From contig NW_027271583.1 in assembly GCF_040938485.1 (NCBI RefSeq), positions 558,001 to 622,000 on the forward strand: 64,000 nucleotides of DNA, in the 5' to 3' direction. Of the stretch, positions 14,821 through 28,573 are shown one piece after another (the first letter of the stretch is position 1; each line of letters starts with the position of its first letter). The position numbers and the translations under genes are program-made. Under the pieces are notes generated by a model, which was given only the letters and a program-made list of their open reading frames with translations, had not been told where the DNA came from and searched no databases. The DNA comes from Diadema antillarum. Lineage: Eukaryota.

Positions 14821-17686
14821 CTGGACAGAAGATCCATTCTCGTTGGGAAATATTGCGACAGTAAAAATCGCTATGTTCTAACTTTTCATTTGAATTGCAG
14901 CAACAAAAAAATTCAGTTATGGTACTTTAGAAATATTGCAAGTTTTTATGGCAGGAAATGCATCTGTGGCCAAAAAAAAAAGGAATGAAGAAATACTAAA
15001 ATTGTATATTTTTTATTCGTTTTTTTATTTGCAAGTCATGCCTTGCTAAGTGGAACTGAGAGGGGAAAAAATAGAAGTGAAATTAAGAGCCTTTCTGGTT
15101 TTGTAATGTCATTTTTTGATGACTGCCCTGGAAGATTTGGTTTGGGCAAGGGCCATCTTTATTCCCTGCCCCCTCCCTCTCAGAATTTTCTTTTTCCAAA
15201 TAGGATTCTGTCCCATGAAACTACAATGTCACTTAGCGCACAAAGGTCATTGCTTTTTTGTCCATTTCCTTTCTAATTTCTATGTCTACGGTGAGATATA
15301 CCCTGGCCTAAGGAGGAGGGATAGAAGGAAGTTTAGTAGAAGGCATTGGAGGAGTAGAAATATCTTGGAATCGAAACAAGAAATATTTCTATTTCTGCCT
15401 GTCATTTCCAGTGGAAGTTTGTGTGCTGGGTGTCAGTAGACTTGCTATGAGGTAGGCAAGACTATTGGGGGGGGGGGGGATGTATGCCGCACATTCTTGA
15501 TCTTATGTGAGCAAATGCCAATGTATAGGAAACCATTCAAGCAAATGCAAAGGAATTTTACATGATGATATTCTGTGGTCGAATTTATAAAAACAAATTG
15601 AGGATGATGGTAGTGTGGCCAAAGAAATGAGCCTCATGAAAAGCTATAATCACTGCTAAGGGGCATCATTGAGCTTGTTGTGATGGTCGTTTGTTAGTGT
15701 AGTTTATGTTCAGCCAGGAAATAATGCCATGGAAACAACACAACAAATGTAGACATCATGAACATTAAAATCCAAGGTAACTAGTCGACTCTGAGCAACA
15801 TTACTGTTAAAGCAATTAGCAAGGGTAATAATGTGAACGTACTGACATAGTCAAGGTCAGTTGAGTTTATCTGGCAAGCACGTTTTTGGCATAGCCTCCT
15901 TTTTGGTCATAAATGCATGGATACTGCAATGTTGTCACACACACCTGGGTGCTTGTGTCTGTCAAAAATAAAAAAAGCTCATTTTACCCGTTCCTAGCTA
16001 GCTGTGAAAATTTACAGCTCTTGGCAACTTGCAAGGGAGACTTGAGCATAAATCATAAATGTAAGTCACAAACTTTCTTTGACATGTTCTTTATATATCC
16101 TAATGTCCGCAGATATGCCACTGATCAACATCTTCAACATGCTGTAATGCTTTCAGCTTTTGGTGTCTGCTTTCATCAAAAAGATTGCTATGAGTCAGAA
16201 AAAAAGAAAGAACAGTAAAAAAAAACATTAATAAAGAAAAGAGGAAAAAAAGCTATGTTTACTGGATATATTTCACAAGAAAGCATTATCATTTTCACTA
16301 ATATGATCTACATTATTTTTGATTAGATCAATGCCCGATACCCTATGAGACCTCATGAAACACAAGTAATAATCAAGGAGAAGGAGATGGATTGAGAGTA
16401 AAGGATAACGATCATGCATATATTTTTGCTTATTTCATGTTATGAGCTCCACTTTTTAGTACATGCTATGTCAGTATATCGTCATATGACTCTTGATTGT
16501 GCCTGTGTGATCTGATAGGCTTGTGTGAAAATAGAAAACATATTATATTCCTTTTGTATATGGCCTATATTACATTTATTTGGATCCATGCATAGCATCT
16601 ATTGAAGCTAAATTGAAATGAGAGATACAGAAGAAAGAGAGAGATAGAGAGAGAGAGAGAGAGAGGGATTAAGTGAAAACAAAATCTATTCGTGCTAGCA
16701 AGATTAGTGCAAGAGCAGAACACGATGATTGTCACTTGTATGTGATTTACAATATGTGAAATTGGACCCATGCATGATATCTATCAAAATAAAAATGAAA
16801 ATCAAGTGCAATGAGAGATTGTGGGTAAGTGAGAACAGTGATATATATTTATTCATCTCATGAACCTCCATTTTCAGTACAGTGAGCCAAAAGTACAGCA
16901 TGACTCATTTAATTCTACTGGTATTGCTTTCCTTAGAAGGTTGATGCACTCTAGTCATACAGCATGTTGATAATCAGGTCTGCTTTGTGAAACAGTAGGG
17001 TATCATAGACCTCATTAGACTGGGAAGGACAAGAGAATAGAAATGAGTTAAGTCTAGTAAAACCCTTTGCTACTGTAGGTCTAGGCATTGCATTTTTGTG
17101 GGCAAGAGCCAAAAAATATAAAGCAAATTATCAAATTCAGTGATATTAATCCTGTCTATCCAAGGGAGAGAATTCAAGAGCCTATATGTTATGATTTTTT
17201 TAGGATCATGTTGCATATTACACCCCATTCATACACACGGCTGGGCCCAGAAGCGCTTCTAAAGCACTTCAACTTCTGCCCCTCTGTTCTGTTCATACAG
17301 AGCTTCTACCGCTCACTGAGACCACATGCAAAGTGGTTGAGAGGGGTATAACTGTCATGGTAACCTTCGGATGCAGGGGAACTTCGAATACATAAACTGT
17401 ATGCACAGCCTACACCACATACCACATCCAGAGCATCCTAAATGTTGGTGACTGTTCATACAGGGTTTAAGGTGCTTCAGGAGCAGGCTCAAGAGAGGCA
17501 TAACTTTGTTTTTAAATTTGTGAATGTTGTGAGTCAGTTCACATCTGTAGATGAAATTAATGTGTGGAAATTTTTGCCTCCCACAACACAATGTTCTTGA
17601 AATCACCAACTTTTCTGTTGAAAGGTGGTTTTTTCTCTCTCTCTCTCTCTTTGATCTAGCATTGAATTTGACACATTCCTCTGTTT

Positions 17687-18431
17687 GACTCTCTTGAAAC
17701 AAATCAATAGATGTGCATGACTCTCTTGAAACAAATCAATAGATGTGCTTGACTCTCTTTAAACAAATCAATAGATGTGCATGACTCTCCTGAAACAAAT
17801 CAATAGATGTGCTTGACTCTCTTAAAACAAATCAATAGATGTGCTTGACTCTCTTAAAACAAATCAATAGATGTGTTTGACTCTCTTAAAACAAATCAAT
17901 AGATGTGCTTGACTCTCTTTAAAACAAATCAATAGATGTGCTTGACTCTCTTTAAAACAAATCAATAGATGTGCTTGAGTCTCTTTATAACAAATCAATA
18001 GATGTACTTGACTCTCGTAAAACAAATCAATAGATGTGCTTGACTCTCTTGAAACAAATCAAGAGATGTGTTTGACTCTCTTAAAACAAATCAATAGATG
18101 TGCTTGACTCTCTTTAAAACAAATCAATAGATGTGCTTGACTCTCTTTAAAACAAATCAATAGATGTGCTTGAGTCTCTTTATAACAAATCAATAGATGT
18201 ACTTGACTCTCGTAAAACAAATCAATAGATGTGCTTGACTCTCTTAAAACAAATCAAGAGATGTGCTTGACTCTCTTAAAACAAATCAATAGATGTAATT
18301 GACTCTCTTAAAACAAATCAATAGATGTGCTTGACTCTCTTCAAAAACAAATCAATAGATGTGCTTGACTCTCTTAAAACAAATCAATAGATGTGCTTGA
18401 CTCTCTCTAAAACAAATCAATAGATGTCCTT
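17687..18431. repeat. Minisatellite, 23 copies of a 32-34 bp unit GACTCTCTTAAAACAAATCAATAGATGTGCTT
   Basis: Head-to-tail units counted by eye, no spacers; units 7-12 (17879-18073) recur as units 13-18 (18074-18268). Confidence 0.97.
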
Positions 18432-19350
18432 ACACAATGACCTGGGTCAGACGTTAAATATGCCACCATTGCTGGTGGTCAAAGGTCACTTTGCCTGTCC
18501 AGCATTTCGGAAATGAGACCCTTGACCCCAACCACCATAAGGCGTCCCAGGGATCCACTTCTCATGGAGCTGTATAGTTTGGCTATCAAATAAATACTCA
18601 GAAAAGGGGTATATCCTGGCCAAATTCTTTGAGGTTATTATTTTTGGGAAGCGCTCATCACAGGGGTCCAGTTATCCATCGTCCAGTAAGTGGCCTGAAG
18701 TGGACATCGGATACACAGCCCAATATGTGCACCACATGGCTGCTGGTATTGATGTTCCTCTCAATTCAGGAAAACTTTTTGCTAATTCTACAGGAAGTAT
18801 ATCTTTTTAACTGGGCCTTGTGGTTTTCCAGCAACTCTTATGAGCAAAACGGTTGTGTGCGGTGGAAGACGTATTGTAGTGTACAGACTATATGTGGGTA
18901 TACGCGACAGTTTGGAAGTTATAATTACATTCAATTTTTTCTTTGCTTTGTTTCTTGAGGTTGTATGTGTATGCTTTGGTGCTACTCCCTGGTCAGGGAT
19001 ATATGTTTTCATCTTTTATTTGACTTCTAATACATTATGGAGGAATTCCCTACACATGACAGGTTAGCATCCTCCCCCTCCACCCCCCCCCCCAAAAAAA
19101 AAAAAAAGAATCCTGTCTCATGGAAGAGACTGTAATGATTAAAGAGTAGAGAATGTATAGCTGAAATATTGACAACAGAATCATAGAATGTGTCACTAGT
19201 CAATAAGAGTGATTGTCTGAAGTGAATGGGACACCCGTTGTGTCACTTCCACATTGGATATGATGAGCAGACGGATTGGGTGAATCATGCTGAATGACAC
19301 ATCTCTTTGAGATCAAGTCACAACTCCATCAAAAGTGAAGTCACACTTAA

Positions 19351-19435
19351 CCCTTTGAGGATGGACTGATTTTGCTACAACATGCATTTCCCATAGACAC
19401 CTGCCCGCGTATACTCGGGACTCATCCTCAACGGG
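19351..19435 (+). mobile_element. 85-bp TTAA-target mini-MITE (piggyBac-like CCC...GGG ends), copy 1
   Basis: TTAA|CCCTTTGAGGATG...CATCCTCAACGGG|TTAA; TIRs plus TTAA on both sides; related copies at 37434, 39302, 40918, 62760. Confidence 0.85.
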
Positions 19436-22007
19436 TTAACAGAGTTTAACAGAGACCCATGGTAGTGTAACACTCATCTACTAGGTGTCCAAAAATCATC
19501 AAGCCAAGTGTATAGTCACTCAAACACTCCATAAGCTAGGCAAGGTTCACTCAATCTCCATCAAACATTTGGGGCAAAGGAGAGGCAGAAGAAGGAGGTC
19601 CTCTCTCAATGAGTTCCTTTGGTAGACTGATTCTTTATTCAGAACCCATTGGGTTCTTTTAATTTTCATTCTAAATCATAGAGTAACACAAACCAATCAA
19701 AATGCTATTTAGAAAAGAGTTTGACCTGAGGTCAAATAAAAGAACCAATGGAAAGTAAAGATGAGGTTATGATCATGAGATTAAGTAGAACATGAATGGA
19801 AAGAGAACAAAGGAATCATGAAGTGTGGCGGTGAGTGGAAAATAAAGAAGTTACTGGAAAGTATAGACACAAGGAAGGGGAAAGGAATTGGGATGTATGG
19901 GAGGCTAAGTGTGAGAAGAAATTATCTGGAGCATGTATGGAAAATAAACTATATGGAAAGGAAAATTAATTTATACAAATATATTCTTGGATCAATTTAA
20001 CACTCTTACAGTGGGTAGACCTTGGTTGTGTCCTCCTCGCTGTTGCCCAAGATGGAGACTGCTAACATGAAGGGCGGCACTCACTTTGTGTCTGGATGAG
20101 CTGATACCATTGTTTCCATTCCCCTCTGGGCTGTTAATTGTATATCTTGTATCTCGAGATTCGAGGAGTTTGATTTTTCCGTAGCAGGATCTCCAACGGC
20201 CACCCAATCGACCGCTGAGAGGGGATGTTTTTCCTGCTTGCAAGTCAATGAACTCTAGCTTAAAAATAAATGTCTCCCGGTCAAACCAAACATATGCGGG
20301 ATCAAAGGGATGGAGATGGAGGGTGCTGGTATCGGGGTGGATGAGGCTTCCTCAGTGCCCGTCTCATGCCCCCCTTTGAGTGGGAGAAATCTCAGCCGAG
20401 CCAGCCCTGGAGATGTTGACAATGACATGGCTCCACTTAAGACAGGGTCATTCTTTTAGAGCAACTTAACCCCCTGAATACTGAGACAAAGCCATGCTCT
20501 ACAATTTGTTTAGCAAGGAACATATGTACTTAATGTACCAGTATTAAAAAAAAAACCAAAAAACTATTCTTTCATAGGTGTGAAACCGCTCCATATCACC
20601 GTGCCATGCATTTCACAATATATATAAAAATAAATAAAAGTTATGTTTCCAGTATCTGATCTCTTACACTGCACTCTAAGATTGAACAAAGAAAATAAAT
20701 GTATAGGACTAGGTACTTCATGTCAGTACAATTGTATGGATGGCATTTCTTGGCATGAAACCGGTTATTTTCTGTACATACGCATGACCTTTAACACAGT
20801 CCTGGAAGTTACTGTGATAGATTTATGGATCCAGTAACCTGAACCTCAACTAATTGGAGTGTTTCGTAGGGTTCCACTAGGGTAGTCTTGTTGTTGCAAC
20901 ACTTCCACTGGACTAACAAGCAAGAAAAACATCTGATCTGGACTCCGTGCTCCTCAGCTGACCTGGACATGACCTTGGCGTAATTGGGTTGAAATGTCGG
21001 GGAGATCCAATGCTGACTGACGTTCTTACACTTTTCAGCATGGGCCAGATTACCGTTCAAAAAAAGAGAAAATAAGCGGGAGATTGTGAGCCGTAATTTG
21101 GTTTACTTACGGGAGGAGAGGAGTGGGACTGTGCAGCTTGAATTTGTGCGATGATAAGTTCGAAATTAGATTTCTAATCTAGCCATGTCTCGTGTGCCCA
21201 CTCATCTTCTTTGTTGACAAAGATTTGCCGATAGTGTTGAAAAGATCACATGGTTACAGGCTAGACATTTCTCACTCCTTGCCTTTTTGAGGAATATAAA
21301 CCAAGATGTATTGATAGAATTGATGGTTCTCAATCAGTCAGAATTACATTCTTGTCTGAAGATAATTTCTGTGCTTCAAGGTTTTAATTGGTATATCAGC
21401 TATAAAGAAAATTGAGTATTTCTTTACAGGGCAGTCATTTCATATGCTGAGATATATCTAAAACTATGGTTTTAAACTTTTATACTGCAGTTGAATCCAA
21501 CTGGGTCAAAATAGTGTAATATTCAACATAGGCAAAAACGAATATCAGCATCTGTTAAATGTATTGTGTTTTGCTAGAAAGGGAAAGCAATCAAATATAT
21601 ATGAATTCTGTTTAGCCCTCTCCATTTCTAACAGCCTACCTGGTATCTATCCTTTGTGTAATACAATAATTCAATAAATGTTGCAGTTGTTTATGATGTA
21701 GTTTAAATTTTGCTGCCTTTATCACATACCGATGTGCATATTTCAATTATTTGCAGTAAGATTGTCATGCTGTGTATGTATTTTTTGTTGGAAATGGAAA
21801 AATAAATGAAATGAAAGAAAATCAAATTAATTTTTCTATTATGGAATGTGTGATGTGGTTGCAAGGGTACCTGACACACAAAAAGCAAAGCTTTAAAGTG
21901 TGATAATCCTGAAAGAAATTGATGATCTGTGTTTACTTGCTCATCCAATGAAAAAGTGAAGGATCACTGTGAAGGAGTGTACTTACCCAATATCCAAAAT
22001 GAGAAGG

Positions 22008-22021
22008 GTTGCCATGGTAAC
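22008..22021. promoter_or_regulatory. RFX X-box motif GTTGCCATGGTAAC
   Basis: Matches the established RFX consensus GTNRCC(N0-3)RGYAAC; function untested. Confidence 0.55.
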
Positions 22022-22323
22022 ATGAGTGGAATTTCATTGCATGTGTATTGGAGAAGTTCATGGATTCAGATAACATGCTTCTTTGATTCTTTGTTGTAGG
22101 GTTTTAACACATGTGTCGACAGGTTCATGGTCAAAATCAAGCTACTGAATTTCTCTGATATGTTGCAGAAGTCATTCTCATCAACAGCAGTGGTTTGCAT
22201 AGCCAGATGTGAGGGTTTGTAGTTAGGAAGGGTTGGAATCTTTGCATTTTCCCAAAGTTCACAAATGTTTGATTCATGATCAGTGCTGACCCCCTTACTC
22301 CCCTTCTCCTCTGTGATTGACAG

Positions 22324-22565
22324 GTCTCCGCAATGTGATGGAGATACCGGCAGGCAGTAGGACCATCAAAGTGACCAGTAAAGACCTGGGCAGTTCGCTG
22401 GGTCTCCACAGCAAGGGGGAAACCAAGGGGCTCAACCAGTTACCCCTGCCGGCGGAGGAAGGCCGGTATTCCTTTGCTGGTAGCATGGTCTACTACCGGA
22501 CGTTCAGGAGCGGGAGGGAGCAGATCACAATCGAGGGACCAACGACCAAAGACATCGTGATTACG
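22324..22565 (+). CDS. ADAMTSL1/3-like: Internal coding exon, ADAMTS spacer domain of an ADAMTS-like protein: (G)LRNVMEIPAGSRTIKVTSKDLGSSLGLHSKGETKGLNQLPLPAEEGRYSFAGSMVYYRTFRSGREQITIEGPTTKDIVIT
   Basis: Pyrimidine tract plus CAG acceptor (22321-23), GTGAGT donor at 22566, phase 1 to phase 0. Spacer hallmarks IPAGSRxIxV, G.Y.FAG..V.Y and E.I.I.GPT..D; GC-rich third codon positions. A catalytic ADAMTS cannot be fully excluded. Confidence 0.93.
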
Positions 22566-25500
22566 GTGAGTGATGGCATTTCATCACGATCACAGCATAT
22601 TTTGTTGTCAGGTCATAAGTAAAATAAAATAAACAAAACAAAACTAAACTAAACTAAACTAAACTAAAAAAACAAGAAAACAAGGAAGTAATTTACAGGA
22701 CTCGACCATTGTGGACATGTGGATTCCAAAGGGATTGCATGCACATGAGTCATAATCCAGTTGCTTTGAGACATGGCAGTTCACCATAGATTTCTGTGCC
22801 TCGGAGACAACATTGTTGTCCATAATCAACAAGTTAATCTATTTGCCTGCATCGTTTTCATTTAGTCTAGATTTAATTCCAACATTTACGTGATTATTGT
22901 GCATGATGCCGGTATGGACATAATCAATAATAATGTCTCACACACACACTCACACACATTAGTGTGTGATTTATAGCTGTGCTCATTGTGTTGTCTTTCT
23001 ATGAAAGAGTTATTTTGGTAGTGTTTCAAAGGAACTGCAAAAAGAAAAAAAAATGCCCACGTTTTTGTGTTATTACAGCTAATCCTTAATTTCACACAAT
23101 AAAATATTTATGACACTAATTGTGCTAGCTTATCGTGAAGGAAAATAAGCTAGCTCCAGGAATTTGGATTATTAATTATGACATGACCGATTTAGGTGCA
23201 TTAAATGCCCTCCATCACATACTTTTGGGGGGACATAATCAGTCCATAGACTATAAACATTGACGATGTGGGTATGACATTCATTGGGACAGAAGACGGT
23301 AATGACATCTGTCCCGTTGCCCACTGATCTGGTATAAGTGGAATGCATCACTGCATTTTTCATCATTTGGTGGAAGCACTTCATTGTCTGGTGTTGGGAT
23401 CCAGTATTTGATCCATAACTGCATTTTGACTGCTACAGCTGCTCTTGTCATTTGTTTCACTTCACGAGCCAAAAACTCTTCTTCTTCCAGCTCCTCTCCC
23501 TCCTCCACCCCCCCCCCCACCACCATCCTCCCTCCTTGTTCATCCTGGCTCCATCTTCACCTCCCCCCACCTCCGTAATGTCTCCCATGCCCTTGTTCCA
23601 CATCCTGGTAGCCGAGAGAGATGTGGAAATATTTGCATGACGCAGAATGTGGTTGGGTGGGACTGGGAGGTGCGGGCAATTTGTCAAGTCCCGAATGCCG
23701 CCACCGCGCTCCATCGATGAAGCATCTCAGCGATTGGTTCTGGCAATAATGGAATCCTGTAGTGGGTATGGGTAAATGCTTCTGGAATGCTTGACATGAT
23801 GCAGGACCACAGAGATGATGGTGGAATGTTAAATAGGGAAAGGACTTTAATACTATTAGTGATTTAAAAAAAGGAAGATGTCTCATAAATATTGGTTCTC
23901 TACACCATTGAGACACATGAAATATAGATAAACATCAATGTAGTATATCCTATTATAGATATTAGTTCCCTTCTGGTCAATGTTTTCTCAAAAACAGCTA
24001 TCCTAAAAGAGGAACAGTCCTATTTGCAAGGAAATCATTCCAAAGATTTACAAGGCATTCAACTGGATTTAAGATGCTCCAGAATACACATGTATGACCA
24101 TCGCATTGCATAATGCAGGTTTATAAAGATATTTCCCTCGCTCCCCATTTGTGTTACATCTTTATTCTAATGTGTCAGGACAGTGCTGGGAAGGCAAGCT
24201 AATTAACATAAGGAAAGATGAACTGACTTTGTTAAGAAATTAGAATAAGTCTGCAACCCAGTTTCAGGAGACCTACATTCAAGCAAAGGCTTGACTTATA
24301 TTAACGTGCGTTTGGACTTTAGATTTATCAAACAAATCTAGTCTCGGCCTGGTCTTCTAAAATCGTCTTGGTGATGACAGGACTGACTAATTCCCCCAGA
24401 CTGAAGGTTACACGGAGGAAGACACGGACTTAGCGTTATGGCGAAACGATTATGAACTCCCGGAGAAATTGCTTTTGCAGGAAGAGCGCCCCTTTATGTT
24501 TTGTGTATGGACAAGAAATTTGTCAACTTGTTAAGGTGGAGAAGTTCTTGACACCTCGTTATCTCACGTATGCATACCGCTGGGAGACGCAAAGCTTTGA
24601 CCAGAAAAAAAAAAGTGTCTTTTGCTCTCACTTTGGAAATATTTGTCTTCCTTGAGTTCGAATAGGTACAGAGCAAGTGTTTCACAGTTGCAAAATTCCA
24701 ACTTTGAACTGTTTAGATATTTTTAACCCATTGCATACAGGCAACTGAAAGATCTGTGTAAACATGAAAGCGGTTTTAGAGTGCAAACATAAAAGTGGTT
24801 CCAGAATCTGGTATGGAATGAGTTAATTTCTGTGAAACTTTTTTTGTGTGTATGCCTATGTATGTTATAAGCTCTTATGCAGATTCTGATAAAAGTTGAA
24901 AACCCTGAAATGAAATAGTTTGATGATAATGCATGTATGAGATGGAAAAATGCCAGACTAAGACATATTCCCATCATATAGACATGGCTTGTAGACTTGA
25001 GATGTTGGTTATGTACAGGTGAAGTTGACAATACATTAATTTTTTCAATGATATTTGTCCGAGTTCCTTTTCATATCAGTCTGGGAGAGACATTAGGAAG
25101 TGATGTGAAACTTCCTCTGTGGAAATCATTTCTCTCATCTAACGAACTTTCCAAGAGTATGGTGACCCTTTGTTTGTGACAGTGAAATAGACACCCATTA
25201 ATGTTCCTCATTGTCTACACATGATGATTTGTTAATGTAGGATTTGTCTTGATTTGAGTCCAAACAGGGGGATGATGAGAAGTATTAGAAAACAGAGGGA
25301 GGAGAAGATGAATGCAACAGAGACATGAGACAAGAGTGATTGCAGGATCACCTGCATCACTTTGTTTTCTTTTTGAGTGAAATCCAAGTTTGAAATGTAT
25401 GCCAACAAAACGGGATATAATATCATAAATGTGGAGGAGTCATCTTTCAACCCCTTTATGTCTTCTTCCTCTCCAACTCATCAACATTTTTCCCCCTTTT

Positions 25501-27969
25501 CAAACTACACCAGATAAGATAAATGATTGTTCATGTTTTGGTATTTGAGCAGACCCAGCTAGAGGCCAGACCCCCCTTTCCCAGCCTATCTCGCCCATTG
25601 TCTGGGTTAGAAGGCTCACCTGTCCGCACCTCAACCCATTTTGTCCTCCAGTTTGTCCTAGGAGGAACATATAGTCATCCCACTCCTCCCATATGTACCC
25701 CATCCTCCCTCAGGAATATAAGTCCTAATCCATCCACTTCTTCAACATTGCTACCTGTCCTCATCCTTCTAGTTCACTCCTCATCTCTCATGTTTACTAT
25801 TTCTCTATCCCCTCTTTGTCTGTTTCCTTTTTCTTTCTCTCTTTTCCTCACTCTCCATCTCTCCATCTGTTTAATCCCCCTCTCCTCTGTTTCTCTCTTG
25901 TCTCTTTATTTATCTCCCTCTATCAATTTCTCTTTCACCTTCTCCCTCTCCTTCTCTTTTTCCTTCTCTAGCTGTCCTCTCTCTCTCTCCCTTTAGCATA
26001 CTCTGGGTGCATTCATCAACTCACTTCTGGTGTAGAATTAAGGTTTCCAAACAACTTTCAGGGAGTTTTTGGCAGTTGATGAATGCAAAGCTGTTTTAAT
26101 TATGGGGTTAGAAACACGTTTCTGAAATGCCAAAGAAATGTGTTTCAGTCAGAAACATGTTACTGTAGAGATGATAAGCACACAAATTTGTCTTATCCCT
26201 GTCTCCCTTTATTTCCACTCTTGTGTGAAGTAGTATATGTTCTTTTGTTTCTGTCTATAATCATTTTTAGCTCTTCTTTGTATCTTTCTGTCTCATTCAC
26301 CTTCATCCTTTTTTTCTCTATTTATCTTTCTTGCTTTATCTGTCTCTTAAACATACAGATGCTCACTACCTTTCCTTCTTTCTTTTTTCAGTAAGACCTA
26401 CTTGTTGCGAATGTGATGAAAATTAGCTTTGACTTTGATGTGATTGTTTTGAGCCTCCCGGAGTTCGTTGGATTCTCTCCGAGATGTCGTTTCTGCCCGG
26501 GTAATGCCGTAAATCGGGGCTGGTGGACTTTGGGATACATGATCCTTCCAGAGCCCACACTCTCTCCTGCAACCTCCTGGCAAGGGACGAATGCACACAT
26601 CGGTAGGGGGTTCTGTAAAGATTGCTCCTCTCTCCTGCCAACCATGGGGACATACTTTTTTTTTTTGGGGGGGGGGGGGTGTTAGGATGCTCTCATCGGA
26701 GACAAGAAGGGCGAATGTTTCAACCTGTGAAATACTACTTCAGGATCCAAAAATGTGAAACAAATGGCAAGTTGTTTCAAAGCCAACTCTGTTCCGACTG
26801 AAAGAAGGAGGTTTGCTGATGTTGAAATGTAAGGAATTCTTAAATGAATGTTGTACACCTCAATAATATGGAAAGGAAAGTTCAAGCTTCAGAGATTAGC
26901 CTTGTCAACAGTCAACTATTTCATCTCATATACCACATTATGATGATCGTGCTGATTGGCAAGTAAATGTCTCCTCTAGTTTCATTTATCTTATAACACT
27001 TTCCTGTAGATTTTCTTGAGATTGTGTACCTGACAAATGAAACTTAAAATTTGTGATGCCCTGTGAGCAGACTTCACTTTTAGTAGGGATCGTCTCTGCC
27101 TCTTGTGAAAGTCACTTTCTACTTTTTTGGTCAATCACAAAAGGTGTGCTCCTCTCTGGGCATTCTTAAAAAGTTCTTCACTTTGATTTTGACAGTCAAG
27201 ACTCTTACAATGACAGTCTAACGAGAAATTTATTTGTTCCCGTGCTCTGAAGTGATTTCCCCGAAGATAGCAAGGTTTTTGGGATCCTAGCAGTAATTAT
27301 ATTCTTTGAAAGCTGCTCAAGGAGCAGAGAGAAAAGCAAAACTGGAGGAGCATTGGCACTCAGAGAAAGCGTGCACTTGAAATCTAGCAAGGCCAGAGTC
27401 AAAAAGTCAAATCCATTTTAAGTGCCAAGCAATCCTGGAGACAGACAATTGCAGGTCAAAGGCACAAAAAGGCATTCTTAGACAGGAACCCCCCTCGAAA
27501 TCTGTCTCCAGCAAGAAATTCCAGAGGCCAATCAAACTATTTGTGGTGCTGCTTTTTTTCTGAAGAAAAGAAAAAAAAATTGAGGAGAAGAAGGAAAGAA
27601 ATGCCATGGACTGAGAATCAAATGAAGCATAGAGAGTTACAAAGAAGAGTGGAGTTTGTTGGGGTGGAACAGAGGAGGCAGGATTTTGGGGGTCTATTGA
27701 AGAGTTAAGATGTTCAAGTTCTCTCGGTCCGCGATCCCATTACAAGAGAGATCTCTGACCCAGGAGATGCTGTTTCAGAAACAATTTCACTGGCCAACCT
27801 GCTTATACTCCCCCACTCTCTTTTTCTCTCTTACTTGCTCTCTTCCACTTTTATAATTTGTGTGTTTTGCTCTACTCTCACTCTTTCTTCATTCTTATGT
27901 CTCTCTCAGGGTGTTCAGATGCAAAAAATTTATACTAGAACAGTATTCTGTAGCTATACCAAAACGGTA

Positions 27970-28184
27970 TACTGTAAAAGTGGTTTCTTTCGCGGTGGTT
28001 TTATTTTCGGAATTTTCGCGCTTTGAGGGTGAATCGTGAATTTAACATCACGCGAAAATGTTTTGAACTCGTCACTTGTTAAAACGCTATCATTACCAAC
28101 CGCGAATTTAAACACATGCGAAAAAGTCAGTGCCGGTGGAAACCGCAAAAGTTTCTTTACGCGAACAAAACCACTTTTACAGTA
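27970..28184. mobile_element. TA-target MITE (TACTGTAAAAGTGG TIR; Tc1/mariner-like)
   Basis: Ends TACTGTAAAAGTGGTTTCTTTCGCG and CGCGAACAAAACCACTTTTACAGTA are inverted repeats; CGCG-rich interior. Confidence 0.85.
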
Positions 28185-28185
28185 G

Positions 28186-28573
28186 CTATATGATGAATTT
28201 ATACGTCTGAACGCTGACTAACGAAATGACATATAACGAAACGACGTATAGCGAAACGACGGTCAGAGCATCATTTTGAACTAGAACTCGATGACGAATC
28301 AGCGTTCCATCATGTCCATTATGTATTTGAACGTATGGTGACCATAGATCGGTGTAACTGGGTGGGGCTTAAAGGGAGCGCGCACGAACTGGTGACCCCA
28401 CAGCTGTCACTCATGACCATAACAGCACGCGCAGTGGGAAACTGCACATCTATACAACATTTTCCGGCACAGTCGAGATTAGCGTCTGAACGGTCTATCG
28501 GGTATACGATGATTCTTTATACGTCATTTCCTTATCAAGTTTTGGTATAAACTGGCTTGCGTCTGAACAGGGT
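28186..28573. mobile_element. CpG-rich truncated MITE-like segment with recurrent CGTCTGAAC; right end resembles the TIR of the 31295 element
   Basis: GGCTTGCGTCTGAACAGGGT end vs GGCTTGTGGTCTGAACGTAAC; three CGTCTGAAC copies; no matching left TIR seen. Confidence 0.45.

Noticed and set aside
17687-18431. CRISPR array (32-bp repeats)
   Set aside because: Units abut with no unique spacers, no cas genes, eukaryotic context
24393-24540. Exon-like frame TEGYTEEDTDLALWRNDYELPEKLLLQEERPF
   Set aside because: No convincing donor or homology; inclusion would disrupt the spacer domain
25523-25996. 157-aa Ser/Leu/Phe-rich ORF and similar ORFs (60, 12399, 48291)
   Set aside because: Translations of CT-rich low-complexity DNA
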